Origin: a virus
Lineage: Duplodnaviria > Caudoviricetes
Strand: one strand, 5' to 3'
Virus record (IMG/VR): IMGVR_UViG_3300046779_000771
Span: 1-31,848 of that record
Length of the DNA stretch: 31,848 nucleotides
Under the pieces are notes generated by a model. It searched no databases. It was not told the origin of the DNA and was given only the letters and a program-made list of their open reading frames with translations. The position numbers were made by a program, and so were the translations under genes. Positions within the stretch are counted from its first letter, which is position 1; the number at the start of each line of letters is the position of its first letter. This document shows, in pieces, positions 9,797 through 19,379 of the stretch.

Positions 9797-11904
9797 TGGG
9801 TATTATATCAACGCAAGGTTTCGTAGGTAGATTAGTAGCTAATGGGCAACAATTGGATTTATTTGATAATGAAGAGATATTGCTTTCAGACAATGTTACT
9901 GGTCTATTTGATTTGGGAGTTTTACCATCTGATTTCACACGTCAGATAACAATACCTGGCACAAAGATAAACAATGCATTCTTTGAGCATGTATATGATA
10001 TATCAATTGAGAACCCATTTCTATTTGCAACTAATGTTAAAGTTCCTTGCTACTTTGATTTCAATGGAATCTATTTAGCTAACGGATACTTACAACTGAA
10101 TAGAGTAAATGTAATAGCTAATAAGTTCGTAGATTCTTATGAGATAACTATCTTTGGTGGTGTATCTTCATTTGCAAGAGATATTAACAGAAACTTCTTA
10201 ACTGATTTAACCTCATCGTTAGCTCAATACAATCACACATCATCATTAGATATAATCTCTTCATCTTGGAATGGAGAATTGTTTAGTGGAACGATTGTAT
10301 ATCCAATGGCTGAATACGGACAACAAATCGTATATAGTCCAACGATTACAAACTACGGTATAGATGAACCATCAGGTTCTCTTACAGTTCAGGATTACAA
10401 ACCTGCAATTAGAGTAAAAGCAGTATGGGATGCTATATTCAACGAATATGGATACACCTATACTAGCTCATTTTGGAATGAACCTTGGTTGGATAACGTA
10501 TATATGATATGTAACAACCAATTGAGATACCCTATCTATGAAAACATAGATTTGGAAACATACGGATTATTTAAGATTTCACCTGTTTCAGGTAGTGGTG
10601 GAACAAACGTAACTGCAAGTGCTGCTACATTAGTTCCTTTACTATGGGATAATATTGAATCAAATCCTAATAATAATTTAGCATCTGATTTAACTTATAC
10701 AACTGATTTTGATTCAGCGGTTAGAGGAGAACTTAAATTAGATTTTGAGGTAAAACCATTAGCAGCTACTGGTAATATGCCTCAATTCAGTTTGATTATA
10801 AAGGATGCTAATTCAGCAGTAGTTGAATCAATTGTTCCATTAGATATTATAAACAGTTATCTAACGGATGTTCAAACATATAATGGTGGAAGCACTAAAA
10901 CACAGAAGTTTAGTTTAACTCAACAATTCACATCAGGAGTTATTCCTGCTGGTGAACATACGTTTAGTATCTATTGGCAAGGTCTTCCATCATCTACTAA
11001 CTTACAAGTAGTTATCAATCCAGGCAATTCAGTTGCATCATATCTTTCTATAACCAAAGTAAATCAAGGTGGTGATGGACAGATTTTAGATGTTGCAGCT
11101 AATATGCCATACGGAACTGCTGGTATTAAACTGATTGATTTCATAACCTCATTACAGAAGAAGTTTAATTTGGTAATTTATCCAAACAAAACTAAACCAC
11201 GTGAGTTCATTGTGGAAACATTTAATACGTGGTATAGAAGAGGAGAGATTAGAGATTTCAATAGATACATTAATTTAGATAAACCTATTTCAGTAACTCC
11301 TGCAAATAACCTTGCAGTAAATAAGTTAAACTTTGGAGATACATTGGATGGTGATTATGTATCACAACAATTTGCCAAAGGAGCTAATAGAGAGTTCGGT
11401 AAATCATACTACATAGATACAGAAAACTTCTTCTCACAAGGAACATTTGAAGTTAAAACAGGTATGGCTTCATCTCCGTTAGTTTACTTAACAGGAACTG
11501 GAACATCTGGTTCTTCTAATGTAACGCAAGCAGGATTTAGAGCAGGAGCAATTGTATCTACTATATCATCTAATGATGCATCTGCACAATCATTCTTACA
11601 AGTTGAAACTGATTATGTGGCAATTGCAGCAGTTGGTGTAACATCACCATCTACAACAGATTTCCAATTTGACCCATCTATTTTAGGATACAATAATAGA
11701 AGTGTTGTAGTAGGAAATAACATAGTATTTACATCTGTTGCATACGGAACTACTAACACAACTTGTCAATTAATAAAGATAACTGACAGCGGAAGTGTTA
11801 ATCTATATAGTGGTAGTGTAAGTAACTTTACTTATACTATAACTGAAAGTGATGTATCATCATCAGTATTGAACTTTATAGCACAAACAGACGCGAGAGA
11901 CTAA
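9796..11904 (+). CDS. Tail tip / baseplate hub-like protein
   Basis: 702 aa; LDLFDNE, SDFTRQITIPGT, YKPAIRVK, FITSLQKKFNLVI motifs; TAATG coupling at both ends. Confidence 0.6.
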   Translation: MGIISTQGFVGRLVANGQQLDLFDNEEILLSDNVTGLFDLGVLPSDFTRQITIPGTKINNAFFEHVYDISIENPFLFATNVKVPCYFDFNGIYLANGYLQLNRVNVIANKFVDSYEITIFGGVSSFARDINRNFLTDLTSSLAQYNHTSSLDIISSSWNGELFSGTIVYPMAEYGQQIVYSPTITNYGIDEPSGSLTVQDYKPAIRVKAVWDAIFNEYGYTYTSSFWNEPWLDNVYMICNNQLRYPIYENIDLETYGLFKISPVSGSGGTNVTASAATLVPLLWDNIESNPNNNLASDLTYTTDFDSAVRGELKLDFEVKPLAATGNMPQFSLIIKDANSAVVESIVPLDIINSYLTDVQTYNGGSTKTQKFSLTQQFTSGVIPAGEHTFSIYWQGLPSSTNLQVVINPGNSVASYLSITKVNQGGDGQILDVAANMPYGTAGIKLIDFITSLQKKFNLVIYPNKTKPREFIVETFNTWYRRGEIRDFNRYINLDKPISVTPANNLAVNKLNFGDTLDGDYVSQQFAKGANREFGKSYYIDTENFFSQGTFEVKTGMASSPLVYLTGTGTSGSSNVTQAGFRAGAIVSTISSNDASAQSFLQVETDYVAIAAVGVTSPSTTDFQFDPSILGYNNRSVVVGNNIVFTSVAYGTTNTTCQLIKITDSGSVNLYSGSVSNFTYTITESDVSSSVLNFIAQTDARD

Positions 11905-14900
11905 TGGCAAATAATAGAATATATATCCCTACATTCATCAGCAGTATCAACTATAATCCTGCTCGTGTTTTGCCTAGAATATACTTTTACAACGGAACTA
12001 AAACAACCGATGTGTATTTTATTCAGGGGTATCAATCTGGCTCAACAACTGCAATAGAAAGTAGAGAGTTTGGAGTGTTTCCATATTTTGACAATTATAG
12101 TGGAAATACACCAGATAGTTCTTCTCGTTCTCTTTTGTTTAACAATGAAACTGCTGCTTATGGAACTGCTCCTACTGCTTCGTTATATACGGAGTATTGG
12201 GAAGATTATGTTTCATTACTTTATAATCCAAAGACTCGTCTATTGGATTGTTCTGCTATTATACCATTAGCAGATTACTTTAAGATGGAATTGAATGATA
12301 TTGTAGAGTTCAGAGGAAACTACTATCATTTAAGAGCAATAAATAATTACAACATCAGAACTTCTGAATGTGATTTACAATTATTAGGACCTGTATTGCC
12401 AGAAGCAATTCAAGCGGCATTACCTCCTGTATTAGATTGTAGTTTTGATATTAGTGTTGCGGCATTTAATACAACTACTACTACGACTACTACTGCTGCT
12501 CCTACAACTACTACAACAACAACAATTGCTCCTACAACGACAACAACATCAACGAGCACAACAACAACATCTACTAGCACAACAACGCTAGCACCAACTA
12601 CTACAACTACTACTGCTGCATTCTATGCAACGGCATTATTTAATTGGGCTAAAATGACTAGTGGAACTGGTAGTTTAAATTACAACTATTTAGGAACATC
12701 ATATACTGCAACTTTAAGTGGTTCTGCAATACTTAGTGCAATTTGTATGGATACATCTGGTAGTATCCCTGCATTCCATAATTATGGTTCAACTAATTAC
12801 ATAGGTGGACAACCATTCTTCTGTTCAGGTTCTGCTAACAAAGCATTTAACATAACTGTTAGAAACTCTACAACTACAAATTATGGTGATAATCAAATGT
12901 ATTATTACTATGTAGACCAGAATGGTGCTATACAAAATGATATGTTAGATTTTGGTGAAACAAGAAATATAGTTTCACAAACGGCAGGATTCTTTAATAA
13001 AATAAACTCATTCTATGATTATGGAAATGGTTTAGAATGGATTATCAATAGTGAATATACTGGAAGTGTAACTACATATCCATATAAGAATAGTAATGCG
13101 ATTTATACGTTTGAGATGAAGAGAGCATCTGTTTCACCTGCTATTCCTGGAAGTGGTTCATATTTGGTTTCATATGTATCTGCATCTAATAGTTCATTAG
13201 TTGGACAAAGTGCAGGTGATATAAAAGTTGGTAATACATTTACTGTATTTGCTGGTAGTTTACCATTAGCAACTGCACAAGGTGGTATAGACCCAACTGG
13301 AACATTGATGCCTAACGTATGGCTAACAAATGTTGTAGCACCAACTACAACAACTACATCTACAACTACGGCTGGTCCTCCAACTACAACTACTACATCA
13401 ACTACAACCACATTAGCACCAACAACCACAACTACAACTTTGGCTAACAATCAAGGTCAATTCTTAGTAGTAGCCGGTGGTGGTGGTGGAGGAGTTAGTT
13501 TCTCAACTACCGGAGCAGGTGGTGGAGGTGGAGCAGGTGGTTTAACATCTGGCTCATTATTATTAGATACTGCAACATGGTATCCTGTAATTGTTGGTAG
13601 TGGTGGAACTAGAAATGCAAATGGTTTATCATCATCATTTAATTCTACTTATTCAGCATTAGGTGGTGGATATGGTGGTTCATTATCATCTGTTGGAGCC
13701 AATGGTGGCTCTGGTGGAGGTGGTGGTGGAACTTCTACTTCCGAAGTTTTAGGTGGAACAGGAACTGTTGGACAAGGAAAAGATGGTGGAAAAGGTAGAC
13801 AATTCACAGGAGCATCTCAAAATGGAGGTGGTGGTGGTGGAGCCACAATTGCTGGTGGAAACTATGTAGCAGGTGGTGGTAACGCAGGTGCAGGTATTGG
13901 AGGTTCAGGTTCTGCTTGGTTAAATGGTAAAACATACGCCGGTGGTGGTGGGGGTGCATACTCTGGAACTGGTGATAGAGCAGGTGTTGCTTCCGATGGT
14001 GGAGGTAAAGGAGCTTGTTTCTCAGGTGCACCTAATAACTTTGCAGGAACAAACGGAACACCTAACACCGGTGGTGGTGGAGGTGGTGGATACAGTATTG
14101 CCTACGATGCAGGTCAAGGTGGTAGTGGTATTGTAATTGTTAGATACCCTAATGCAACTCCTTTATTTGATGGAGGAACTATCTTCTATTCAGGAAGTTT
14201 CACATACCACGAGTTTACTGCTTCTGGTTGGTTATCTCCAATAGGTGGAACTACAACAACAACTACAACCGTAGCACCAACAACTACGACAACAACTACT
14301 ATTGCCCCAACTACAACTACTACAACAGAAGCTCCTACTACAACTACTACGACTAGTGGTGGTGGTGGAACTACTACAACTACAACTACAACTGCTGCTC
14401 CAACTACAACAACGACAACATTAGCGTTTTATAGTTTCTTATTGAATAGCACGAGTGGTTTAGGAACTGGTCCTTTGGCATGTGCTGATTATGCAGCATT
14501 TAATAGAGCTACATTCTACGCATCATTTGCAAATGGTCCAACCATTCAGAATGGAACTTTCTTATATACAGATAGTGGTTTAACTACTGCTATTCCTGAT
14601 GGATATTATTCAGATGGAACTACTTATTGGTATTTCCAAAATGGTAGCACAGGTGATAATGGAAATCCTTGTTATACAACAACAACGACTTCTACGTCTA
14701 CTTCTACTACCACAACGCAAGCACCAACGACAACTACTACCACAACGGCAGCACCACTTACAACTTATTATGAGTTAGGTGAGTGTCCAGGTAATGTTCA
14801 ATATGCGTTTACTGCTATTGCACCTGATTTAGGAACGGGTCAAAGATATGTATTGCCTGGTGTAACACCTGTTTATTATACTTATACAGGAGCATCACAA

Positions 14901-14969
14901 TCATCTGCTACTCCACCAACTGGATACAATGGTTCAATACAAAAAACAACATTCACAGGATGTCCTTAA
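11904..14969 (+). CDS. Tail protein with mucin-like Thr/Pro tracts and a glycine-rich domain
   Basis: 1021 aa; four poly-Thr/APT tracts; FLVVAGGGGGG...GGSGIVIVRY glycine-rich domain (about 13461-14230); N-terminal hub-like domain. Confidence 0.8.
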   Translation: MANNRIYIPTFISSINYNPARVLPRIYFYNGTKTTDVYFIQGYQSGSTTAIESREFGVFPYFDNYSGNTPDSSSRSLLFNNETAAYGTAPTASLYTEYWEDYVSLLYNPKTRLLDCSAIIPLADYFKMELNDIVEFRGNYYHLRAINNYNIRTSECDLQLLGPVLPEAIQAALPPVLDCSFDISVAAFNTTTTTTTTAAPTTTTTTTIAPTTTTTSTSTTTTSTSTTTLAPTTTTTTAAFYATALFNWAKMTSGTGSLNYNYLGTSYTATLSGSAILSAICMDTSGSIPAFHNYGSTNYIGGQPFFCSGSANKAFNITVRNSTTTNYGDNQMYYYYVDQNGAIQNDMLDFGETRNIVSQTAGFFNKINSFYDYGNGLEWIINSEYTGSVTTYPYKNSNAIYTFEMKRASVSPAIPGSGSYLVSYVSASNSSLVGQSAGDIKVGNTFTVFAGSLPLATAQGGIDPTGTLMPNVWLTNVVAPTTTTTSTTTAGPPTTTTTSTTTTLAPTTTTTTLANNQGQFLVVAGGGGGGVSFSTTGAGGGGGAGGLTSGSLLLDTATWYPVIVGSGGTRNANGLSSSFNSTYSALGGGYGGSLSSVGANGGSGGGGGGTSTSEVLGGTGTVGQGKDGGKGRQFTGASQNGGGGGGATIAGGNYVAGGGNAGAGIGGSGSAWLNGKTYAGGGGGAYSGTGDRAGVASDGGGKGACFSGAPNNFAGTNGTPNTGGGGGGGYSIAYDAGQGGSGIVIVRYPNATPLFDGGTIFYSGSFTYHEFTASGWLSPIGGTTTTTTTVAPTTTTTTTIAPTTTTTTEAPTTTTTTSGGGGTTTTTTTTAAPTTTTTTLAFYSFLLNSTSGLGTGPLACADYAAFNRATFYASFANGPTIQNGTFLYTDSGLTTAIPDGYYSDGTTYWYFQNGSTGDNGNPCYTTTTTSTSTSTTTTQAPTTTTTTTAAPLTTYYELGECPGNVQYAFTAIAPDLGTGQRYVLPGVTPVYYTYTGASQSSATPPTGYNGSIQKTTFTGCP
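12471..12614 (+). repeat. Poly-Thr (ACN) low-complexity tract 1
   Basis: TTTTTTTTAAPTTTTTTTIAPTTTTTSTSTTTTSTSTTTLAPTTTTTT; further tracts at 13341-13439, 14250-14420 and 14676-14747. Confidence 0.95.
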
Positions 14970-14975
14970 AATAAT

Positions 14976-16286
14976 ATGGCAACAATATACAAAACAATAA
15001 CGATTACTGCACAAGGTTCTACATCAGGACCTTTATACGATATTTACTATTCAGCGGATGGTGTAACTTATACACTATGCGTTGATGGTAACAATGTATC
15101 GTTACCAACGGTTGGTTCATCTGTTGTTGTTTCTGTTGAAGATACTGCTAATTTTATTAAAGCAGTAAACTTACATCCTGGTTGTGAGGGTAATGATGTA
15201 ATTGTAAACTTTGGTGGTTTAACTACAACTACAACTACATCAGGTCCTACAACAACTACAACTACATCAGGTCCTACAACTACAACTACAATTGCACCTA
15301 CAACTACAACTACTACAATAGGTGTAAATTGCTACATTTATAGTTGGGCTTGTGATAATGAGTATGGAGTTCCTTGTTCTTTAAGTTGGACAAACTGTGA
15401 TGGAACACCTGGTAATGATTTCGTATCAAATGGTTCAGCAGGAAATCAATGTGCTAGACAAGGAACATTTAGTATATCAAATGCTTCGTTCCCAACAGAA
15501 GGTGCACTTTGTAATCCTACAACAACTACTACGACATCTACTACATCTACTACATCTACAACAACGGCAGGTCCTACTACAACTACAACTACAACTGCTG
15601 CTCCTACACCTGTAAGTGGATACAAAGTTTACTTTGACTTTGGTAATAGTTCATCTTATCCAGGTAGTGGAACAACTGTAACTAACTTAGGTAGTGGTGG
15701 TTCTGCAATGAACGGAACTTTGGTAAATAGTCCAACATTCAGTTCTGCAAATGGTGGTATTTTACAATTATCAAAAGCATCATCTCAATATATTCAGTTT
15801 GATACTGCGGTAAGTGCTTCATTTACTACTATGGCAATCATTAAATACAATGGTTCATCTACATCGTGGGGAACTAGCACAACTGATTACAATGGTTTCC
15901 CTAACATTAGAGGTAATAACGGTATCATTGTTACTCCAAATATTGATGGTAATACACAGGTATTGGCTATTATATGGAATGGTTCTTCTGCGCAAGTTCC
16001 ATCAGGTAACTTTATCTATCCATCTGATATTGCAACATTTAACTCATACGCATATACATCAAATGGAACTAATGAACATAAGATGTATTTGAATACGGAT
16101 TCACCTGCTACGGCAACAAACTCTTATACGAGAGGTGATTCAGCAACTATTACATCTTACATTGGTAGAGATGCACCTAATAACGGATACTTAAATGGAT
16201 ATGTAATGGCATATCTACAATACGATAGAGTTTTAACTGCATTTGAAATAGCACAGAACTACGCAGTATTTAGTGGTAGATTTTAA
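14976..16286 (+). CDS. Mucin-like tail/appendage protein with C-terminal LamG/ConA-like lectin domain
   Basis: 436 aa; two Thr tracts flank a small Cys-rich module; C-terminal FDFGNSSSYPGSGTT...YDRVLTAFEIAQNY is a typical phage LamG-like domain. Confidence 0.75.
   Translation: MATIYKTITITAQGSTSGPLYDIYYSADGVTYTLCVDGNNVSLPTVGSSVVVSVEDTANFIKAVNLHPGCEGNDVIVNFGGLTTTTTTSGPTTTTTTSGPTTTTTIAPTTTTTTIGVNCYIYSWACDNEYGVPCSLSWTNCDGTPGNDFVSNGSAGNQCARQGTFSISNASFPTEGALCNPTTTTTTSTTSTTSTTTAGPTTTTTTTAAPTPVSGYKVYFDFGNSSSYPGSGTTVTNLGSGGSAMNGTLVNSPTFSSANGGILQLSKASSQYIQFDTAVSASFTTMAIIKYNGSSTSWGTSTTDYNGFPNIRGNNGIIVTPNIDGNTQVLAIIWNGSSAQVPSGNFIYPSDIATFNSYAYTSNGTNEHKMYLNTDSPATATNSYTRGDSATITSYIGRDAPNNGYLNGYVMAYLQYDRVLTAFEIAQNYAVFSGRF
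15222..15317 (+). repeat. Poly-Thr tract containing a 27-bp tandem duplication
   Basis: actacaactacatcaggtcctacaac occurs twice at 27-bp spacing (TTTTSGPT x2); second tract at 15516-15596. Confidence 0.9.
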
Positions 16287-16330
16287 CTATAAGTGGTAGC
16301 AGGGTTGTTAAATAATAAACAACACTAAAT

Positions 16331-17272
16331 ATGAGAGAACTACGATTCGTAAGTGCTCAACCTGCTACTACTTACTACGCTTGGCAATGCGAGGTAATGT
16401 TAAACAACTTCATCCAAATGGGAGTAAATCCCAATAATGTGGATATTGTATGTTGGAAACAAAATGGAGTAATACCAGAAGAATGGAGTAAATTAGCAAA
16501 TGGTTATGCGGCACGTTTCTTTTTCTATGATGATACGAGAGAAACTAAACATTACATTTCATCAATCAGACCTAATATCCTAAAACAACATTGGATAGCA
16601 CAACCACAATTAAAGGATAGTGCTATATTCTACCACGATTCAGATATTATCTTTACTAAACCAATTCAAGATTGGATTACAGATGAGATGATTTCTGATA
16701 ACATATGGTATGGTTCAGATACACGTTGGTATATTGCTCACTCTTACATCAAATCAAAAGGACAAGATGTAATAGATGAGATGTGTAAAATAATGGATTT
16801 ACCTGAATCTCTAATTGAAGAGAATGAGTTAAATGCCATTGGAGCACAATACCTAATGAAAGGAATTGATACTCACTTTTGGAGTAGAGTAGAATCAGAT
16901 TCTGAAAACCTATTCAAAGAGATTTCTGAATTAAATAGAAAGAAAACAGTTGAAGACCCAACACATCACTCATTACAGATATGGTGTGCAGATATGTGGG
17001 CAGTTCTATGGGGAGGATGGAGAAGAGGATATAAAACCGAATGCCATCCTAACTTTGATTTCAGTTGGGGAACATCTGGTGAATATGAATACTTTAAGAT
17101 GAATATTATGCACAACGCAGGTGTAACGGATTCTAATAGTGGTTTATTTTACAAAGCAGATTATATGAATAAACTACCTTATACAGAACCATTAAAAATA
17201 AACGAAGGAACTGCCAGTTGGCACTACTGGAATTGGATAAAAGAAACATCAACTAAATCAGTTTTACTATAA
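16331..17272 (+). CDS. GT-A glycosyltransferase resembling HPAT/SERGT1 (GT95/GT96-like) protein O-glycosyltransferases
   Basis: 313 aa; YYAWQCEVM, YISSIRP, FYHDSDIIFTKP (DxD), IGAQYLM and WCADMWA motifs. Confidence 0.65.
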   Translation: MRELRFVSAQPATTYYAWQCEVMLNNFIQMGVNPNNVDIVCWKQNGVIPEEWSKLANGYAARFFFYDDTRETKHYISSIRPNILKQHWIAQPQLKDSAIFYHDSDIIFTKPIQDWITDEMISDNIWYGSDTRWYIAHSYIKSKGQDVIDEMCKIMDLPESLIEENELNAIGAQYLMKGIDTHFWSRVESDSENLFKEISELNRKKTVEDPTHHSLQIWCADMWAVLWGGWRRGYKTECHPNFDFSWGTSGEYEYFKMNIMHNAGVTDSNSGLFYKADYMNKLPYTEPLKINEGTASWHYWNWIKETSTKSVLL

Positions 17273-17757
17273 TGCCTTACTCATACGGAGATTTTAAGTC
17301 TGCTATTTCAGACCACATAAAAGAAAACATAAACGATAATACCCGCATTTTAGATGTGGGACCTGGTTCTGGAACTTACGGAGCTAGATTAAGAGATTGG
17401 AACATAGAAGCAGTTGAGATATTTGAACCGTATGTTCAGATGTTTAACTTAAATCAGTTCTATAAAAAAGTTCACATTGGAGATATAAGAACATTTGATG
17501 TATCTCAATACGATTATATCATAATGGGAGATGTGTTAGAACATCTTACAACAGAAGAAGCAACAGAGGTTCTGAATAGAATGAAAGATAAAAAGGTAAT
17601 GGTTGCCGTTCCTTATTTGTTTGAGCAAGGAGAAGAGATGGGTAATATATACGAAACACACCATCAACCTGATTTAACAGATGAACTAATGCAAAGCAGA
17701 TACGGATTAAAACCACTATACACTAACGAAAGATATGGCTACTACATCAACTATTGA
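17272..17757 (+). CDS. Class I SAM-dependent methyltransferase
   Basis: ILDVGPGSG motif I, AVEIF acidic motif, YDYIIMGDVLEHL. Confidence 0.85.
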   Translation: MPYSYGDFKSAISDHIKENINDNTRILDVGPGSGTYGARLRDWNIEAVEIFEPYVQMFNLNQFYKKVHIGDIRTFDVSQYDYIIMGDVLEHLTTEEATEVLNRMKDKKVMVAVPYLFEQGEEMGNIYETHHQPDLTDELMQSRYGLKPLYTNERYGYYINY

Positions 17758-18412
17758 TTTTAAGGTTGTAATAAATAACCGAAATAGATTCTCTACAACA
17801 AAGAAATTAGTAGAGGATTTGTTAGAAAGAAACACAAAACAGATTTGGATTATAGATAACGAATCTACATACCCTCCATTATTGGATTGGTATGAAACAT
17901 TACCAAAGGAAGTAGAGGTAAAACGATACGGAAACGAAGGATATTTGGCAATCTTTACAACTGGCTTAGTAAATAAAATTGAAGAGGATTGGTGTTTCTA
18001 TACTGATTCAGATATTCAATTGAATCCTAATATGCCAAAGGATTATCAGGAGATTATGTTGTATCATGCTCATTCTCTACAATCTAAAAAGATTTCACTT
18101 GCTTTGGATATATCCGATTTACCTGACCACTATTGGTTTAAGGAGCAAGTAAAAAGAAACGAAGCTAGATGGTGGTTAGATGAGGTAGAACCAAATGTGT
18201 TTAGAGCAGATACGGATACTACATTCTCACTAATACAGAAATGTGACCAGTTTAGTAGTTTCAGATTAGCAGGAGATTTCACATCTAAACACATACCTTG
18301 GTATATTGATTTGGATAACCTTTCAGAAGAAGAGAAGTATTACATAGATAATTGCTCTGATAACAAACTTACACAATACTCAAAACAACACAAACTAAGA
18401 AAAGAACTATGA
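17735..18412 (+). CDS. GT-A (GT2-like) glycosyltransferase
   Basis: VVINNRNR, WIIDNESTYP, FYTDSDI (DxD), ADTDTTF. Confidence 0.75.
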   Translation: MATTSTIDFKVVINNRNRFSTTKKLVEDLLERNTKQIWIIDNESTYPPLLDWYETLPKEVEVKRYGNEGYLAIFTTGLVNKIEEDWCFYTDSDIQLNPNMPKDYQEIMLYHAHSLQSKKISLALDISDLPDHYWFKEQVKRNEARWWLDEVEPNVFRADTDTTFSLIQKCDQFSSFRLAGDFTSKHIPWYIDLDNLSEEEKYYIDNCSDNKLTQYSKQHKLRKEL

Positions 18413-19203
18413 AAAAAGTTTCATTCGTATGCACATCATACAGAAGATTCTATTGCGTAAATAGAATACTGGCACAATTCAACGCACAAACTTATCCTAA
18501 TAAGGAACTGATAATATTTAACACAGATGAGGAGTTTCCATATGTAATGGAGAACCAACCATCAAATGTTACAATTGTAAACAACGGACGGGATTATGTT
18601 ACAAATGTAAACTACACTAACAGAGGAGATATTTGTAGAGATGCAGTAACTCACGCTACTGGTGATTACTTTATGTTAGCAGATGATGATGATATTTACC
18701 TACCATTCCATATCCAACAAGCCGTAGATGGTATTGAAGAATTAGGAACTGATGCTTGGAAACCACAAAAGAGTTTGTTTGCAAGACCAGGTAATATTGA
18801 ATTAGCACAAAATACTATGGAAGCATCGGTAATTGTGAAGATGGATAGAATCAGAGAGATTGGTTTTAGAAACGATTTAACAGGATACGAAGGTTTAAGT
18901 TGGTATTCTAAATTAAGAGATGAAGGGCAGTTAGATGAGAACAACACAAAGTTCGTTCCATCGTATTGTTTCAATTGGAGTGACCCATCCGAAGTAGCTG
19001 GTCACAAACAGAGTGGAGATATAGATAATCCTAACAACTTTGAAAACCATAAGAACGCATCAGGAGACGTGGCAGATTCTCCACTGGTTGGATTATCTTT
19101 TGAAGACTTACAGATTGTATATCAACCATACTTTGAGTTCCTTAAATCCAACAGGAATCAGTTTGATGAAGAACAATATAATCGTTATTGCTCCACTATA
19201 TAA
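18409..19203 (+). CDS. GT2-family glycosyltransferase
   Basis: VSFVCTSYRR, AQTYPNKELIIFN, TGDYFMLADDDDIYLP. Confidence 0.85.
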   Translation: MKKVSFVCTSYRRFYCVNRILAQFNAQTYPNKELIIFNTDEEFPYVMENQPSNVTIVNNGRDYVTNVNYTNRGDICRDAVTHATGDYFMLADDDDIYLPFHIQQAVDGIEELGTDAWKPQKSLFARPGNIELAQNTMEASVIVKMDRIREIGFRNDLTGYEGLSWYSKLRDEGQLDENNTKFVPSYCFNWSDPSEVAGHKQSGDIDNPNNFENHKNASGDVADSPLVGLSFEDLQIVYQPYFEFLKSNRNQFDEEQYNRYCSTI

Positions 19204-19214
19204 TTCACTTGGAT

Positions 19215-19222
19215 TGTTATTA
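19215..19222 (+). promoter_or_regulatory. Putative late promoter motif TGTTATTA
   Basis: Only 5 nt upstream of ATG 19228. Confidence 0.55.
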
Positions 19223-19227
19223 CTTTT

Positions 19228-19377
19228 ATGATAAAGGAAATTATTGATTTACTGAATTATGCTGAGTTCTATTCTGTTGATAAAAACATAGATAGAGCAA
19301 AGGGAATGTATGCTATACCTTATACTTGGAAGCAAGGTGGTAAGCAAATTAAAAGGATTTGGAAAAGTAAGAAATAA
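19228..19377 (+). CDS. Small basic hypothetical protein (49 aa, not in ORF track)
   Basis: MIKEIIDLLNYAEFYSVDKNIDRAKGMYAIPYTWKQGGKQIKRIWKSKK; fills the gap and ends 2 nt before the tape measure ATG. Confidence 0.65.
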   Translation: MIKEIIDLLNYAEFYSVDKNIDRAKGMYAIPYTWKQGGKQIKRIWKSKK

Positions 19378-19379
19378 CA

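Noticed and set aside
12471-15596. ACN-rich repeats as a CRISPR array or DNA microsatellite
   Set aside because: No constant repeat with unique spacers; third codon positions vary, so selection is on poly-Thr protein
16331-19203. GT/methyltransferase block as a DNA hypermodification system
   Set aside because: No base hydroxymethylase, nucleotide kinase or phage polymerase; the methyltransferase lacks DNA MTase catalytic motifs and the block sits among tail genes. Disfavoured rather than excluded
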